Assembly (NCBI RefSeq): GCF_036321535.1
Contig: NC_087437.1
Location: 108,998,001 to 109,062,000 of the forward strand
Source of the DNA: Camelus dromedarius
Lineage: Eukaryota
Reading direction: 5' to 3'
Length of the DNA: 64,000 nt
Part shown: positions 1 through 14,790 of the stretch, piece after piece
Position numbering within the stretch: position 1 is the first letter of the stretch
Layout of the letters: each line of letters opens with the position of its first letter
Position numbers and translations under genes: made by a program
Notes under the pieces: model-generated
The model's database searches: none
Told to the model about the DNA's origin: nothing
The model's input: the letters and a program-made list of their open reading frames with translations, nothing else

Positions 1-3000
1 TTGTTGAGCTGACATATTTGAGATACCTTACACGGTAGACAGGTTCTCAGTATGCAACGCATCCCTGAGCAGGAGGCACTGGGGGTTTTGCTCAACTGCT
101 TCACATTCAGATGAGTTGCTGATTATTTCGTTGGCCATATCAAATTAATCCTTTCCCCTTGAGTGGCAGCATTCATTTAAAAATATTTGTTGAATGCTTT
201 CTATGTACCAAGGCACATTTCCAAGTATGGGGCACTCCCAGTGAATGAAACTGACATCTACACTTCCACCCGTGGGAAGCGCAAACCCTACCATTAGGCA
301 TCAAAACAACACATCCTGAAAAATACACTTGGTAATTTTTAAGGCTAAAATAGTTCAAAAGTATCAAGATGTAGATTTATATTTTAAGCATCTTTCAAAA
401 GGTCTTAGGCACTTGTCTGAACCAGCTTCTATTATTCATCTGCTGTATCTCTTGATGAATCATTTCTTGCTGTTTCTCTTTCAGTCCCCTTTCTACACTC
501 TATTTGCAAAGTCAGAAAATATAGGTTAAACTTAAAAACAATATGTTAGATGCATTTTCAAATAATAGGCTCAAGAAGCTTTCAAATGAGGTAGATTTGC
601 CCTAGATTTAAAGCAATGGGCCTAATTGTAAAAATAGGGGAAAAAACCTCTAATATAAAACACTACTTACTGTCTGTCTAAAAATTCTGGAAGCACAGGG
701 AATATGGTATAATTACTATACTTTTTAAGGGTTCTGAAGGTTGAAGGAATACAGACTAAGCTGTTTGACATTGTAATTGACACATTGTTGAAAATTAGTT
801 TTCTATCCTGTTTCCTGACTTTGTGGGACACCCTATATTTTACTTCTGTATCCACTGCAATGAGGAAGTAGCCATGTCTTGACAGTTCAGATATTTCTCT
901 TGTTTTATCTCTCCTTTATTCTCCCTACATTGTGAAACAGAGGACGAGGTTGGATGCTATAAACCAAAAGGCGGAGTGGAATGCAAATTTTCTTCTAGGA
1001 CACCTTCTATTGACTTACCTTGATTTAGGCAATGGAGGTCTGGTTTAATGGAAAGAAACAGGAAGTCTTTTTTTGGGTTTTACATTAGTCGCAAGGGCTT
1101 TTCTGACACAGGCCAAACTGATTCCCTCAGTGTTCTCCTCTGTGAAATGCGATTTTGCGGGTAGATATTTTCTAAGTCCCTTCTTGCCCTGACAGTATGT
1201 GCTTCCATTACACATGTGTCCTTCTGAACTTGAGAAGGTGGAAGGGGTCACATTTCTTCCTACGTTTTTGATATCTCTGCCCATATTTACCATCTCTGTA
1301 AGGGTTGGAATTCATCATTAAAGGAAATAATTCTTTCATGCTTTATTAGTAAAAAGTTAGAAAGTCAAGTGACTCCTCTTTCAATCAATTAGCAATTGTA
1401 TGAAAGAGCAAGAAATTCACAAATTGTAGGGGAGGAAAAAGCCATTACTTGGTATCTAGGATTTTGTGGCTTGTAGTTATTCTTGAATATTTTAAGGACT
1501 CAAAAAATTCTAAATACTTTCAAGAAGGATAGTTTCCAGAACTCACAGCCCCATGTTGAGTTCTGTATTTCATGGTTAAAAAATATAAATCAATTTTGTT
1601 AATGGAGCACCACAGATTAGAAGGAGGAGGCCTAGGCTATTTCAAGTATTTTAACCCATTGTTTCTCAGGAACTTCCACATGGATGTTTTGTAAATTGAA
1701 AGAAGCTAAACGAGGAGGCACCCGCAGAAATCTGTGGCCAGTCTGCACGCAAACCAAAGCATTTGGCAAAGGGCTCTGTGCTGATGTGCACGCAATCCAG
1801 CAGAAGAGCTGAAAATGTTATTTTCATAGTTGAATGATTAAAATAGAAATGGTTTGTTTACTCTCTCCAACTGTGGTTAGGAAATACACTAGATTAAAAC
1901 TCAGGCAAGTGAGTTTCTGTTTCTGATCTGCCAACTACTGGGGTAAGTTGGTCTCTCCATGTGCTCATCTTGGCAGGCATCTCCTCAGGCTCTTTACCAG
2001 AGAGACAGGAAACAATGATGACAGAGCCGGGCAAGCCCAGACCCAACATGAGCCTCCTCTGTAATTTTGGATGGTTCTGAAAACTGGACCATCAACCCTA
2101 ATTACCCATGTCGGGAATCCTGTGCGCACTCAGCCACATTTCTCAACAGCTTGCCCGGGCCATGCCCCTGAAAACGGCTCAGACCTGCTCCACGGGGGCA
2201 TTAATCCTGGCAGCTGCAGAGGGTGAACTCATTTTAGGCATATGTTTCTGTAAACAACCAAAATATCCACTGTTGGAAGCATGGACCTGACCCAACACTG
2301 TAGCTGCCAATGGTCTCACACTTGCAACTCACACTGTGTAACTTACAAACTTTCACCAGATAGCAGATCTTGGGCAGATAAATTTTGGTGACCTTCTAGC
2401 TCTCTGCCCACTCTCTGCAAACTGAACCACAGAAACCACAACCACCGGCACCACCTCCATTACAACAAAACTCATTGCAGTGGTTTGATGCCATTCCTCA
2501 GCTGTTTCTCAGAGCCACCAAGCTAACTGTCACAAAAGAATTGAGCTTCCTGTGCCATCAGCAAAAATATCTGAGTTAAGTGCGGATTGTATGTATTTTT
2601 TCCGCTCTCCACACACCAAAGTGTGAGAGCCATGATAAAGTGATGGCCATTTTATAGTTAAGAAAGCCAACGTTAAAAATCAATTGCCCAAAGCTATTGC
2701 TTACAGTGACAGAGCTGGACTGTAAATTCTATCCTCTAATTCTAAGCAGTGTCAGTCAAATGTTAAAAAACAAGCATAGACATTTATTTCTCCAAATGTT
2801 TTCTTTTCAACCTAGAATTTTGAGCTTTTTTGTCGATATTCAGTCAAATTTTATGATAAGAATACTACTCCTATTAAAGGTCACATTATGTAACTATATT
2901 TGAGTGACTGTATGCCGTGAAGATAGAATGATGTGACTTGCAAATGATTTTGAGAAATGTTTTATGAGTATGCCTAAAATTTTAATGCTTCTCTCTAATT

Positions 3001-3674
3001 CAAATTGTGTATTCATGAGAAGTAGTTTAAGAAAGAGAAAATATAACCCACATTTTTATTTGATGCTTTTTAAAAATTATGAAGAGAAAACAGATGAGAA
3101 TATTGTACAGCAAATTATGCATTTCAGCAAATATTTATTTAGAACTAACAGTGTGTAGGTTACTTTGTTGATTAGAATGCTAGGTTACAAGAGAAATAAT
3201 TATCTTATAGATTTATCATAAGGCATTATCTTGAATAATCTAAAATGTTTAAATGATTTTGAGGGGAAAGATGTTGAGAGGAAATACAGAGCCAGGCTAT
3301 AGAGCAATCTTCAGTTGAACTTGGATTTGTTAGAATAAGTATTTATGGGATGATGTCCAACAGGAATCACGGGATATGATGGCCATCTAGGGCCTGCTGA
3401 TTTTAGAAATGAACCTACTGAGGCCAAGTGAAGTTGTGTCTTGCTCAAAGCTTCTAGCAGTGAGCAGGGTCTAAAATCTAAGTTTTCTGATTTCAAGCCA
3501 TTTGCTGGTTCAGCAAACCCTAGATTCTTTTCTAAAGGAAAAAAAAATTCTTCACCTGAAAGCTTTGCAAAATTTTTGCAGGGCTGTTAACTTGAGGTTG
3601 ACCATGCTCAAGGCTGTGCTTCTGCAGAAAAAAACGACTTGACTACACTTCTGAGGAATATTTTTCCCATCAAG

Positions 3675-4650
3675 AACTAACACTGGACACCTCACCAGAG
3701 AAAGTATGTAGGTGGTAAATAAGCATTAGAAAAGATGTTCCACATTATATGTCATCAGGGAAATGAAAATAAAACAATAATGAGATACTACCATATACCT
3801 TTGAGAATGCCCAAATTCTGGAACACTGGTCTCACCAAATGTGCATAAGAATATGGAGCAAAAGGAACTTCCATTCATTGCTGGTGAGAATTCGAAATGG
3901 TAGAGCCACTTTGGAAGACGGTTGGTGATTTATTACATAACTAAACATACTCTTACCATACAATCCAACAAGTTCACTCCTTGGTATTTACCCAAAGGAA
4001 CTGAAAACTTACATTCACACAAAAACCTACAAATGTTGAAAGCAGCTTTATTCATAATTGTCAAAATTGGAAGCAACCAAGATGTCCTTCAGTAAATGAA
4101 TGGATAAATAAACTGTGGTACCTCCAGACAATGGAATATTATTCAGTGTTAAAAAGAAAATCTATCAAGCCAGGAAAACACATGAAGGAAGCTTAAATGT
4201 GTACTATCAATTGAAAGAAGCCAGCCTCAAAAGGTTATATACCATATGATTCTAACTGTATGACGTTCTGGAAAAGGCAAAACCATGGAGACCACAAAAA
4301 GATCAGTGGTTGGTGGGGAATAAGGGGAGGGAGGAATGAATAGGTGGAGCACAGGGGATTTTTAGGACAGACTACTCTGTATGATACTAAAATGGTAAAT
4401 ACATGCTATTATACATTTGTTCAAACCCATAGAATGTACAACACCAGGAGTGAACCCTAAAGTAACTATGGACTTTCCATGATAATGTGTTAACATAGGT
4501 TCATCAATTGCAACAAATGAATATTCCTGGTGGGGTGGTGGGGGTGGCATTGATAATGGAGAAGGCTAGAAGTTTATGCATGACTGGGGGCAGTGGGTAA
4601 AATACCTGCACCTTCTCAATTTTGCTGTGAACCTAAAACTCTAGTAATAA
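3675..4650 (+). mobile_element. LINE-1 3' fragment (L1MC1-3-like)
   Basis: Degenerate ORF2-end motifs (ggaagcaaccaagatgtccttcag, gaatggataaataaactgtgg) and the L1MC-type terminus tcaattttgctgtgaacctaaaact. Confidence 0.8.
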
Positions 4651-6316
4651 CATTTACTAAAATAATTATTTAAAATCAGAAATTATAGTCATATTCACAT
4701 TTTACATTTAAAATTCATATTTTCATTGATCATACAAGGTGGAAAAATGGAAAACATTTTTTCATCTTTCCTAAGAGTGTCCACATGAAGCTTTCCCAAA
4801 CCTCAAAATCCTTATGATAAAGAAGGTAAGGAAATGCAGGCAGTGAATTTTGTTTTGACCTCTGTTCAGAATGTGGGTTTTACCATTCCCCAGTGAGGCA
4901 TATGTCCCAATTCCTTGTAACTCTACACTTCTTGAGTTAATAAAAATAAGAATTATCCAACGCTATTTCGTGCAGCAACCGATTAGCCATTTCCCCTTTA
5001 CTCTGTAGTGATTCTCACTCATGTAAAGGAAATAGTCAGCAAAAAGTAGAACACATATTACTGAATGATTTTTTTTTCTCAGTAGAATTTGGTCACATGA
5101 ACTTCTAATTTGGGTAGCCAGTTATTTTTATGTAACTTATCTTTCTTATATTTATAGACATTAAACTCCCTATTAAACATTTTCTATTTTCTGTTTATTC
5201 ACCACTAGATAGAGTCACATTGAATCTTTATTCACAAGAAGAAGGGCTTATTTCCCCATTTTCATCATAGTTCCCAAAGTGCTTTTTTTGGATGATTTCT
5301 TTCATTCTTATTCCAAGAAGATTGTCTAACCTTCCCTTAAAAAATTATATCTTACAGCAAATGTTCTGATGTTTCATTTAGTCACAAATGAGAAAACGAA
5401 TTTTAACATGGCTGTCGTTCTTTGAGGAAAGCTATGTGGGTGGGAGTCAGCATCACTTAAGAAAAAGACAAACATTCCTTTGTCCTCCTGTTCCCGATTC
5501 CAGAAATCTGGGGTTCTGTCCAAACTCTTGAAATCATATAATTATATTCCATCTCTCCTCTCCTGATAAGAAAGCCATGGGCAGAGATTTTTTAGAACTT
5601 AACTACTTATTCAACTTGAGCTAGGACTAAACTTTCTATTCATTTTCATGTTTAAAGTCAATTTTCCAGCTTTAAAATTTTTCCTATAAACTGATTCATT
5701 GTCCAATGAAGAATAAAACTAAGAAATCAGAACTTGCTTTAAAAAAGTACTAGCAATGCTTTTTAAAAAATAAACATTTAAACATTTGAACACTTACAAC
5801 ATTTTAAAATGTGCAGTGCTGACTGGTAGCAATATCTACTTTTTGTATTTTTATGTAATGAGATTAAAGATGCTTTAATATCAATGTATTTGGCATTCTC
5901 AAATATTTTTGACTTTGAACATTCAAAATTCATCCATAAAATCTTTAAATGTTGTCTTTATGATTGGGGTTCTACATAAGAATTCATTTGAAAGTGATTT
6001 CCACTTCTTTAAAAGTTTATAACCATCACTTTAGAATATTTCCTTTTTCCATTGTAAAAGCACCATATTCTCATTAAAAATATTTAGGAAATACAAAGAG
6101 TTAAAACATGCCAATAGTCCTACCAATACATCTATACACAGCCACTAATAATGTCTGGTATTTACTTTTTAAAAAATTTTCTCCCCTGTATATATTTTAA
6201 AAAATATTTTTATAATCATATTGTGTAAGAAATTTTGCCATGACAATATTATATCATTTGTATTTTCACAGTATTATTATATCTCTTGTAAAGAATATTA
6301 AAAATAGTTTTTACTA

Positions 6317-6963
6317 GGAATAGACTTACTGTATGACCCAGGAATCCCACTCCTGGGCTTGTATCCAGAAGGAACCCTACTTCAGGATGACACCTGCACC
6401 CCAATGTTCATAGCAGCAGTATTTACAATAGCCAAAACATGGAAACAGCCTAAATGTCCATCAACAGGTGACTGGATAAAGAAGATGTGGTATATTTATA
6501 CAGTGGAATACTACTCAGCCACAAAAACTGACAACATAATGCCATTTGCAACAACATGGTGCTCCTGGAGAATGTCATTCTAAGTGAAGTAAGCCAGAAA
6601 GAGAAAGAAAAATACCATATGAGATCGTTCATATGTGGAATCTAAACAAACAAAAACAAAAACAAACAAACAAAAATAAAGCATAAATACAGGACAGAAA
6701 TAGACTCATAGAGAATACAGACTTGTGGTTGCCAGGGGGGCAGAGGGTGGGAAGGGATAGACTGGGATTTCAAAATTGTAGAATAGATAAACAAGATTAT
6801 ACTGTATAGCACAGGGAAATATACACAAAATGTTATGGTAGCTCACAGAGAAAAAAATGTGACAATGAGTGTGTATATGTCCATGTATGACTGAAAAATT
6901 GTGCTGAACACTGGAATTTGACACAACATTGTAAAATGATTATAAATCAATAAAAAATGTTAA
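6317..6963 (+). mobile_element. Young lineage-specific 5'-truncated LINE-1 with TSD
   Basis: Encodes the L1 ORF2 C-terminus (CTPMFIAAVFTIAKTWKQPKCPSTGDWIKKMWYIYTVEYY), then 3'UTR, AATAAA and A-tail; TSD AAAAATAGTTTTTAC at 6300-6314 and 6964-6978. Confidence 0.92.
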
Positions 6964-7429
6964 AAAAATAGTTTTTACCAAAGTAACCTTTTAAGGTTTG
7001 TTTTGTTATTATAAAAGTAATATATAAAGTCTCCTATTCTCTGCTCCTCCTAGCAATCCCGACCGCCCTGCCGTCACTCCTTAGGAGAACCACTTTTAAG
7101 AGTTTCAGATATCCTTCCAGAAATTTCCAGGTGTATAAAAGTGTATTCTTATTACATTTTCTATGTTATATGTTATTACATGTGCACACTTACATTGAAA
7201 GAATCATTCATACTTTATTTAGGGCAATAAAATGTCTTAGTGGCTTCTTTTTCAGAACACAGTCCATTTAGTTTCATTTATTTTTAAAGGCCAACAGTAT
7301 TCTATTGTATCATGTATATGTATTCAGTGATGAACATTTAAATTATTTCTGTGTTCTTGCAATTGTGAATGTAGACACTGAGATCACTGCCAACTCTGTG
7401 ATCTTTGCATGGATTAGAAAATGACACTC

Positions 7430-7865
7430 TGCTATGAAGGACATTTTCCATGGGCCTCTCCTGTTCCACTCTCTGCCACTCTCCACCTTGCTTGCTCCCT
7501 GGGAGGCTGACAGGCAAATGCATCCAACCAATGTATGGGGTCAGCCAATGGGAGCAGCTGCAGCAGATTGAAAAGAGGAAGCAGGAAGAGGTTGGGGTAT
7601 TTATTCCCCAGACTCTCTTCCTGTCTGCTTGCAGGAGACTGGCTTCCTCTCTCAAGCTTTCTCCCTCTCTCTCTCCCAAGCTCCTGCCTTCCTTCTTTGA
7701 TATCTGCTCCCTTTCCTGCCCTTCAAGTCCTAGGACACTGCACTAGCTTTTCTACTTTCTCTGCACTGTGTGCTACCTTTGTAAATAGCCTATTTATTAA
7801 ACTCTACTCAGATTACCCAGTTTGAGTGCATCATCAGTTTCTTGTTAGGACTTGAAATGAAAACA
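7430..7865 (+). mobile_element. ERVL solo LTR (LTR33-like)
   Basis: Motifs ggggtcagccaatgggag, ggggtatttattcccc and acctttgtaaatagcctatttattaaactc...tttgagtg typical of LTR33; interrupts an old antisense L1. Confidence 0.7.
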
Positions 7866-8108
7866 CTTTTCTCTTGACAGATACAGCTTAATTCACATTC
7901 TCTCTGCACTTTTGCCAGTTGTAGGTTGTAAGAGTTTAAAATATTTGCAATTTTTATAGGTAAAAATGGTGTCTCATTTTTCTCTTTGACATTACGTTTC
8001 TTTAATTATGAGTTCAGCTGGGCGTCTTCATATACATCTTGGATGTTTACATATACTTATCAATTTTTTCTATTGGGTTATTTTTTCCCTACTTATTTAA
8101 AAGTACTA

Positions 8109-8186
8109 TTTTAATTAATTAATTAACTAATTAATTTTTATTGAACTATAGTTGATTTACAACATTGTGTTAATTTCTGGTGTACA
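8109..8186 (-). mobile_element. Very short L1 3'-terminal insertion with TSD
   Basis: L1 tail (attgaactatagttgatttacaacattgtgttaatttctggtgtaca) flanked by TAAAAGTACTA at 8098-8108 and 8187-8197. Confidence 0.75.
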
Positions 8187-8670
8187 TAAAAGTACTACTT
8201 TCATATTAAAGAAATAGGCTCTTTGTCATATTTATAGCACATATTCTTTTCCAACTTTTCTTTCCATGTAGATGTTTAAATGTTTTCATATAATGAAATA
8301 ATATCAAAATTTTTTTCATGGCTTCTGGGTTTTGGGTCAGGTTAAGAAATGCTTTCTTCACCCCAAAATAATAAATTATTAAAAATTTTGTATCTAATAT
8401 TCTTTTTATATGTACAATTTTGATCTATCAGGAATTAATTTTTATATGGAAGAGGTAAGTGTCCAGATTTCATTTTCTAGATGGCTAGCTACTTATTCGG
8501 AGATAATGCTTTGGAGATGATTTGATTTGGCAATGACATGATAATCAGTAGCACTTTTGCACTTTTCATAATTAATATGGAATGCCATATTTATTATACA
8601 CTAAATTCTCAAAGGAATTTGAGTCTGTTTTTATACTCTTCATCTTCTTTCATAGATTTGTTTCTACAGT

Positions 8671-9247
8671 TGTGGTGGGAAGATTTGTAATTTGGCCCCC
8701 ACTGGTCCTGGTGTTTATACCCTTGTGTAATTCCTTTCCCTTCAGTGTGGGTGGGACTTGCTTTTGAGAAATGGAATACTTTTCTAAGGAAAGTGATGGG
8801 ATGTCACTTCAGCAATTAGATTACAAAAACTATGACTTCCATCCTAGTAGTTATCTCTCTGTCTTTGTCTGTCTGTTCTTTGTCTCTGTCTCTGTCCCTT
8901 TCTTGCTTGCTTTGGTGAAGCCAGCTGCCATGTTGTGAGCTGCCCTGTGGAGAGGGCACGTGGTAGGGAAATGAGGAAGATCTTTAGCTAACAGCCTATG
9001 AGGAACTGAATCTTTCCAACAGTCAAATGAGTGAGATTGGAAGCAGGTCTTTCTCTAGTTGAGCCTTGAGATGACCATAGCTGTAGCCAATACTTTAACT
9101 GTAGCCTTGTGAGACACCCAGAGTTAGAAACCCAGCTAAATCAGGCCCAGATTCCTAACTCACAAAAACGACGAGATAAACAGCTCATGTTGTATAAGCT
9201 GATATGTTCTGGGGATATTTGTTATGCAACAATAGATCACTAATACA
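8671..9247 (+). mobile_element. MaLR solo LTR (MLT1E/F-like)
   Basis: TG...CA ends; MLT1 motifs agccagctgccatgttgtgagctgccc, gagccttgagatgac and the terminus ttgttatgcaacaatagatcactaataca. Confidence 0.8.
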
Positions 9248-10204
9248 CTCGTTCTGCCACAGGATGTTTTAGTTTTTATATGTTTTATTATTTAATAAAA
9301 TCAGTTCTTTCTCATTTTATTTTCTCCAAAATTTTTTCCTTGGCTATTCTAGTGTGTTTAATCTTCCAGATGAATTTAATATAGTTTAACTAAGTACCTC
9401 CCAAAGTCTTCTTCCTTTTTGATTGATTTTTTTTGAAGGTTGAATTGATAATAATAATTTAGGAACATTTACTCAACTCTCTTTTTATATCTCCTCACCA
9501 TAGTTGTAATATTTTCTCATATTTGTTCTGCATATTCATTGTTATGATGATTCCTAATTATTTGTTTTTGTTTTGTTATTTTGAGACATTGTTTATGTTT
9601 TCTCTCATTATCATTTGTATGTAGGTAGACTATTCATTTTTATCAATGACATTTTTAACCAGCCACTTTATTTAATCCTTTTATGCGATCACATAATCTC
9701 TAATAATGACAATCATGTATCTTCCTTTTCAATATGTAGACTCATTACTTATGTTTCTTATTTGATTACACTGAATTTTACTTCCAGAACAATGAATTAT
9801 GGCAGTGGTGATAGCACCTTTATTTTGTTTGTGAAATTTGAATGGAGAATTGAGTCTTACCATTAAATTTGATGCTGGCTTTTGATGTGATTAAATAGAA
9901 GAATTGACCTACTTTGCTTTATATAAGGCATGGATGTTGGATGTTATGTCATTTATTTTCTGAGTTTATTGAGACATTGACCTGATTTTTCTCATGTGAA
10001 ATATTAACACTACAAATTACACTAAGAGATTCTCTAACATTCAACAGTGCAGTTCATGACCCCATAGGATCCCATCTGGTGAAAGCATCACTGCTTCCAC
10101 TTCTCTGCAAACCAGTTTTTGCTTTTTTAAACTCCTCTTTAACCAACATCCTTACATATAACTTTGTTCTCTGTTACTGACAAAAATGGCTAACACATCT
10201 AGAC

Positions 10205-10395
10205 ACTTCTATCTCTCAGGCACTCTAACATCTTCATATTTATTAACCCATTTCTTAACAATTACAACAACCTTATGAACCAAGTATTATTATTATTGTG
10301 CCCATTTTACAGGTGAAGTACCTGAGGCACAGAAAGGTTAAATAACCTACCTAAGTAAGTGACAGAAGTAAGGTTTACACCAGGTAGACTGGGGC
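10205..10395 (-). mobile_element. MIR SINE
   Basis: Core cccattttacaggtgaagtacctgaggcacagaaaggttaaataac. Confidence 0.75.
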
Positions 10396-10399
10396 TAGT

Positions 10400-11475
10400 C
10401 ACAAATTAGACGGGTGGCCACCAGCACAGTCAAGATCTAGAACATGTCCATCACACCAAGCGTGTCTTCCAGCCTCTATGCAATTAATCCCACATCCGAC
10501 GTGAGCCCAGTCAACTACTGATATTCTCTTATCACTATAGATTCATCTTCCTGTCCCAGAATTTCATATAAATAGAATCACACAGTACGTATTTTTTTAT
10601 GTCCAGCTTTTCTTTCTCAACATCATGTTGTTAGATTCAGTCATGTTGTCACATATATCACTAGTTTTGATCCTTTTCATTGTTGAGTATATCCCATTGA
10701 ATGGATTTCCCACAATTTATTTATCCATTTATCTCAAATGGTGAATTATTAAGTGATTTATTAATTTCTAAAGTCATCAAAACAGTATTCTATTAAATTT
10801 CTCTGGTAAAAAAAGATATAGTGTATTATTGAAAATTTTTAAGTAACTCCTTCAGACTCCATCAGGTCAGTGTTTCCATCTATTGATTGCCATTTTTATT
10901 CAGCTGGAGGTCTTTTTGGTTCTTGGTATGACCAGTAATTTTTGATGAACACTTAAAACACTTTTGTCATTATGAAGTTCACAGCTGCCTGTAGTCATTG
11001 TCCACTGCTCATCCTGGCCCGAAGCAACCACTGGTCTGCTTTCTGTCTCCAAATACTGCCTTCACCGGAAATTTCACATAAACTGAATCATATAATATGA
11101 GTCATTGGTGTCTAACTTCTACTTAGTATAATATTTTTGAGGTTCCTTTATGTTTGTTCATGCATCGGTCGTTTATCTCTTTTATTGATGAGCAGTAGTT
11201 CATCATATGAATGTACCAAATTTTGTTTATCCATTTACCACTTGGACAACATTTAGGTTATTTCCAGGTTTTGGCTCTTAGGAGCAATTCTGCTATGAAC
11301 ATTCACATAGAAGTGTTCTTTTCTTTTGGGTAAATACTTTGAGTGGAATTGCTGGCCTATGGTAAGTGTTTGTTTAACTTTTTGAGAAATTGCAAGGCTG
11401 TTTTTCCAAAGTGGCTAAACCATTTCACATTCCCAGCAGCATGTGTGAGGGTTCCACTTTCCCCACATCCTTCAG
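10400..11475 (-). mobile_element. Old LINE-1 (L1MB/ME-type) 3' fragments
   Basis: Antisense L1 motifs aatttcatataaatagaatcacacagta, tgctatgaacattc and gagggttccactttcccacatcct-like. Confidence 0.7.
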
Positions 11476-12879
11476 AAGCCTTTTAAGTCAAGGATGATGT
11501 GTCCTACAAACAATGACTCCTCTACCTACTCATCTCTCCCACCCTTGACTCCATCCCACTGTGTACACAGGGTGTTATTTCAGCCATCTGCTCGATCCCT
11601 CATGGGGGTTTTGATGTTTATGGGAAATTCATTGCATGTGGGTCAGAGTTCTTCACACATACTTGGCTGAAGAATCTCTTTGACTCTGCTTTCTCACATT
11701 CCTGATTCCCTCCTTGGTTGTGGCATGGCGTTTTCTCATACCACCACCGTACCTGAATATCTTATAATCTCATTGGCAACGTTTGCCTCTCTGAAAAGAC
11801 GTCTCACTATTTGCTTTGTAAGTAACATAGAATTATGAAAACTGGCATGATTTTTGATACAGGGATTCGCTACCTTTTTCTAATATGTGTGAACTCCTTT
11901 AAGTAAATTCCAAAGATTCAGTTTTCTTTCAACATATATAGCATGCTACTGTGAGTTGGCGTTCATGTTTGTAATTGGCTGGATCTTGAATTAGCGGTTG
12001 TGGCTTATTTAAGTGGTTGACTTCTCCTCACCTGTGGTGGACAACAAAGAGGGGTTTGCTGCCCAGAAGTGCATCTGCTCACAGTGTCTGTGGACTGTTT
12101 CCAAAGCAGGAGCTGATATGATTCACAGTCATTATCTCTCTAGGAAAAGGAATGCAGCAGATTGGAGTGACCAGCTGTAGGCGAAGGCAGACAATCACCT
12201 ACTTTCCCTGTCTATTCTAGTTGTAAAGGACTGTTGAAAATGTTTCTTTAAAAAAAAAAAACAACAACAAGGTGTTATTTCAGGAAATAGCCATTGCTTT
12301 TGGAGTAGCACCTGCCTGGGGTCATACGCTAAAATATGAAGCTTGCATAAGTTCATTTTATGATCTTGAGGGAGACGTTTATTTTCCTAAACTTTGAGAA
12401 ATGGGCTAAATCATGCTGCTGCTTTATGGGATATTTGGCAGAGCTGTGTACCAACAAGAATTATAAAGAGATTTATAAATGGAAATTCTTATTAGGTAGA
12501 AATTTCTTCTATTTTAACTTTGCAAAAAATACCCAATATTCTTACTTAGTCAGTGTTTTAGAGGAAACTGACTCCAAAGCAAAGAGGCAAGCATGTGGTG
12601 ACAGGTCATATTTAAATGATAGATTTCCTAGTTTTGGTTTTCATGTAAGCGTATAGACTCTGGGTTCTTCTTGCATATGGTAAGTTGTTGTAAGTGGTTT
12701 CTTGAGGATTCTCAATGTGATATGGCATAAACATAAAACTTTTGTTTCAATAAAGTCTTCCTCTCCAACTGCACTGTATCACCATCTTCTTTCCTGCTGG
12801 ATATGTTTTCTCTTACCAACATCTTGGCCAGAGTCTTTAACTTCCTGTTACTCTAGGCATGAGGTCAGACCCATTTAGG

Positions 12880-13365
12880 TATTGTGAAAATTCTCTGAGG
12901 CTCTCCTACCGTTGAGAGGTGTGGTTTCTGTTCCCGCTCCTTGAATCTGGGCAATCTTGGCACTGCTTTGACCATCAGAGAATTGCAGAATTAACTGCCG
13001 TGTGATTTCTGAGGTGAGGTCATAAAATACCAGGTGATATTTTTTCTTGGAGTCCTGGACTACATAATAAGTTTTACTAGCTGGAAGCTACCATGCTGTG
13101 AGGAAGCTCAAGTAACAGGAAGAAGCCATGTTTAACTCTGGTCAAAAGTTGGGCTGTTAAATTAGCCCAGGCTAGGGATCAGTCATGTTAGTGAAAATGA
13201 CCAGTTGAGACCTTCCAGCTGAGGACCCAGACACTGTGGAGCAGAGAAGAATCCCCACTCTGCTTTTCTGAATTTGATCCATGGACGCAAGCATAATAAA
13301 ACAGTTGTGATTTTTTCCCACTACATTTTAGCATGATCTGTTATCCAGCAGGAGATAGTCAGAAT
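12880..13365 (+). mobile_element. MaLR solo LTR (MLT1G/H-like)
   Basis: ccttgaatctgggc...tgctttgacca, accatgctgtgaggaagctcaag and a 3' end ccactacattttag...gttatccagcaggagata. Confidence 0.65.
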
Positions 13366-14554
13366 CAAATCTAAAAGTCAGTCTTAGTCATTTTAAAATG
13401 TCAACTTTGGGGCCAAGCTTATCTCATCTCTTCTCCCTGGCCATGGATGAACCTGTTTCTCTATGGCTTAAAGGAAAGAAGGGCCACACACTCTTCTCTC
13501 CATGTATTTCTTTATTCCTGCTACCTTATTCTTCTCTTGGTATGAATAAGCAAGACGGGAGACTGGAGGCTGGTCTCCTTCCACGGGATGCGAGCAGGCT
13601 GCAGACGTCTTTTTGGTTGATTGCCACAGCACCTCTGGCTAACTGACCAATGAGCAGTGCCCGCTGTGTAACAGGTATCCACACGCTACTTTCCCCATGA
13701 TGAACCAAAGCTAACAGGAGGTCAGGGCAGAGTCTTCACGCCTCTCCCTATTGCCAGCACCATTTGCCACCACTAGTGTTCAAGCCCAGAGAGCCTGAAG
13801 TTTTCAGGACATTAGACTCATGTTGGGGAGGTGTTCAAGCTTTCAGTGCTCACGTCTCACCTAAGACCAATTAAGTCAAAATTTCTTGGGTGGGGGGTGC
13901 ACAAAGTCATTAGCATTTTTTTTAAACCATTGAGCCAGGCTGCCACTCTTTAAACGTGGCTGGCCATATGAATCACAGTTTAAAAAATAATGATTTTCAA
14001 TGCATGCCTATACTTTCTGAGCACCTATAATATGCTGGGACTTCCCTAGGCTCTTCATTTCTATTATTTGCTCTTCACAACAAACACACAAAGAAAGTCT
14101 GTCACTTGTGTCTTTCCGAGCTGCACACTGATGGTCTGGGGGGTTGACTAACTGGCCCCAAACTAACTAATTCATAAGTTGCAAAATCAGGCTCACAGGA
14201 TTTCTGTCTGGCCATGGAACCCACTGTCATTTTTCCACACCACTTCCTCTGTTCAAGAATACCAGTATTCTTGCATATGGGTTATAGTTTTTAAAAATGC
14301 TTTAATGAATTCTTAATGAAAGGTTTAAAAATACCTTTTTACTTAAATTGCTACCTGAACAAAATACAAAGTTCTTGGGCTTTTTCAAAGGAAGTGATCT
14401 TCATCAAATATTTCCTATCTTGCCATTTTTTTTGGGGTCAGTTTCTTTAAAATTTTTCTTTAATCCTAACAATGCCCTTACAAAGTACAAAGGGAGAAAA
14501 CATCATTCTTTTTATTTTTTCTCCTGAGGACTTTAGACTAAAGGACTTTAGAAA

Positions 14555-14790
14555 GTGATGCAGTGGGAAAAATAAAGCACAGACTTTGGAATCAGACTGA
14601 GGCTCCAGGCCTGACTTTGGTAATTAAAGATCTGAGTACTTTGGGGAAAGATTCCAAACAGTACCCTTAACTGTAAAATGGAGATTATTTCACCTCCTTC
14701 ACGGGACATGATAGTTAAAACAGTAAGATACCATATGAAGAGCACCTCTCTCGGAGCCTAGTGCATAGGAGATAGTCCGTAAATGTTAGT
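14555..14790 (+). mobile_element. MIR SINE
   Basis: aaagcacagactttggaatcagac...ctgtaaaatggagatta. Confidence 0.65.
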
